A stretch of 64,000 nucleotides of DNA, taken from assembly GCA_016219175.1 (NCBI GenBank), contig JACRCD010000017.1, positions 36,446-100,445 of the forward strand. The letters are read 5' to 3'. Shown here piece after piece: positions 63,453-64,000 of this stretch. Source of the stretch: Deltaproteobacteria bacterium. Lineage in GTDB: Bacteria > Desulfobacterota > Desulfobulbia > Desulfobulbales > SURF-16. The notes beneath the pieces are model-generated. The model searched no databases and was not told the origin of the DNA. It saw nothing but the letters and a program-made list of their open reading frames with translations. The first letter of the stretch is position 1; each line of letters opens with the position of its first letter. The translations under genes were made by a program, and so were the position numbers.

Positions 63453-63907
63453 AAAATCTTCTTAAAATTTACACCATTACCAACTACTATCTCGCCGCCC
63501 TTCTGCTGGTGTGGGCCGGTGCGGGCAAGATGCTGGAGCCGGGCGTGGGCGATCTGCTTGAGACGCTTTTTGACCGGCGCATTATCACTCTCGGCCAGCT
63601 GATTTTTATCTCCCGCTGGCACCCTCCCCTTGAAATAGCTCTTGGCCTTTTCGCCCTCTCCGGCATCAAAGCGGGGATAGCCGCCAGAATCATGGGGGTG
63701 GTCTATCTTTTCTTTGTCCTTCTTTTCCTCATCGTTTCCGAAGGGCATTTCCTGCAGCCCGTTGACTGCGGCTGTTTCGGGGAGGGGAACCCAACCCCGG
63801 TTTACCTGCTTATCCTGCGCAACACAATTATCGCCATCCCTCTTTTCTTTTTTCCCGGGGCGGCAGGCGCTTTCACCCGCCCCCGTCTTCTTTTCCAGCA
63901 AAATTAA
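63449..63907 (+). CDS. MauE/DoxX-like small polytopic membrane protein
   Basis: 152 aa with about four hydrophobic helices. GTG start overlaps the MCP stop (GTGA). Chosen over the antisense ORF 63446..64000, whose product is charged and low-complexity. Confidence 0.55.
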   Translation: MKNLLKIYTITNYYLAALLLVWAGAGKMLEPGVGDLLETLFDRRIITLGQLIFISRWHPPLEIALGLFALSGIKAGIAARIMGVVYLFFVLLFLIVSEGHFLQPVDCGCFGEGNPTPVYLLILRNTIIAIPLFFFPGAAGAFTRPRLLFQQN

Positions 63908-64000
63908 ATTGCCTGCTTGCCGCGATACGTCTATATTAGAGAGTTCATTGACAAATCTTTTCACCCAGGCAGGAATGAAAACAGAAACCGCATACCACAA

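Noticed and set aside
63446-64000. 184-aa minus-strand ORF running to the window edge
   Set aside because: The product is charged and low-complexity (KKEKRDGD, EEKKDKEK). The overlapping plus-strand ORF encodes a plausible 4-TM protein coupled to the upstream MCP. Confidence is only moderate because the window ends here.

Overview
All calls rest on motif and architecture recognition by eye from the ORF track and raw sequence. No BLAST, HMM, Rfam, GC-skew or folding computation was run. The window is a 64-kb chromosomal segment with about 58 protein-coding genes. Gene content suggests an anaerobic Desulfobacterota/deltaproteobacterial-type genome (membrane-bound [NiFe] hydrogenase, MetF/MetV-type MTHFR, many two-component, MCP and PilZ genes); that assignment is an inference. 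I recognised no rRNA, tRNA, CRISPR array, transposase or integrase. Layout: (i) 26-10743, minus strand, holds a complete [NiFe]-hydrogenase cluster (small, large and cytochrome b subunits, hypF-C-D-E, endopeptidase, hypA, hypB) running into aat. (ii) 10.9-31.3 kb holds LPS heptosyltransferase, envelope and small genes, two different MTHFR fusion genes bracketing a PhnD-like binding protein/hybrid kinase/response-regulator module, an orphan AmmeMemoRadiSam radical SAM gene, and a CsgG-like lipoprotein divergent from a Ser/Thr kinase. (iii) 31.4-40.6 kb is the most unusual region. It encodes a roughly 1210-aa secreted protein in which a chagasin-type (I42) cysteine-protease inhibitor domain is fused in front of a papain-family (C1A) catalytic domain. 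That is followed by three Ig/BACON-like repeats, a PPC domain, a jelly-roll-like domain and a five-repeat Ca-binding FG-GAP/VCBS-like module. Next to it lie a standalone paralogue of the inhibitor region, a second secreted protein carrying a near-identical copy of the five-repeat module (about 670-bp direct DNA repeat 5 kb apart, including a 61-nt perfect run), and a REC-TPR regulator plus histidine kinase. A third, more diverged copy of the module ends an LVIVD beta-propeller protein at 50.4-53.3 kb. (iv) 40.7-50.2 kb holds gmhB-waaF and the conserved rpsB-tsf-pyrH-frr-uppS-cdsA-dxr-rseP-tsaB block. (v) 53.3-64 kb holds an atypically long class-A-PBP-like gene, PilZ, YkgJ-like, two MCPs, a tandem rhodanese and a MauE/DoxX-like gene, plus a roughly 340-nt gene-free GC-rich interval with nested complementary segments that may be a structured RNA.
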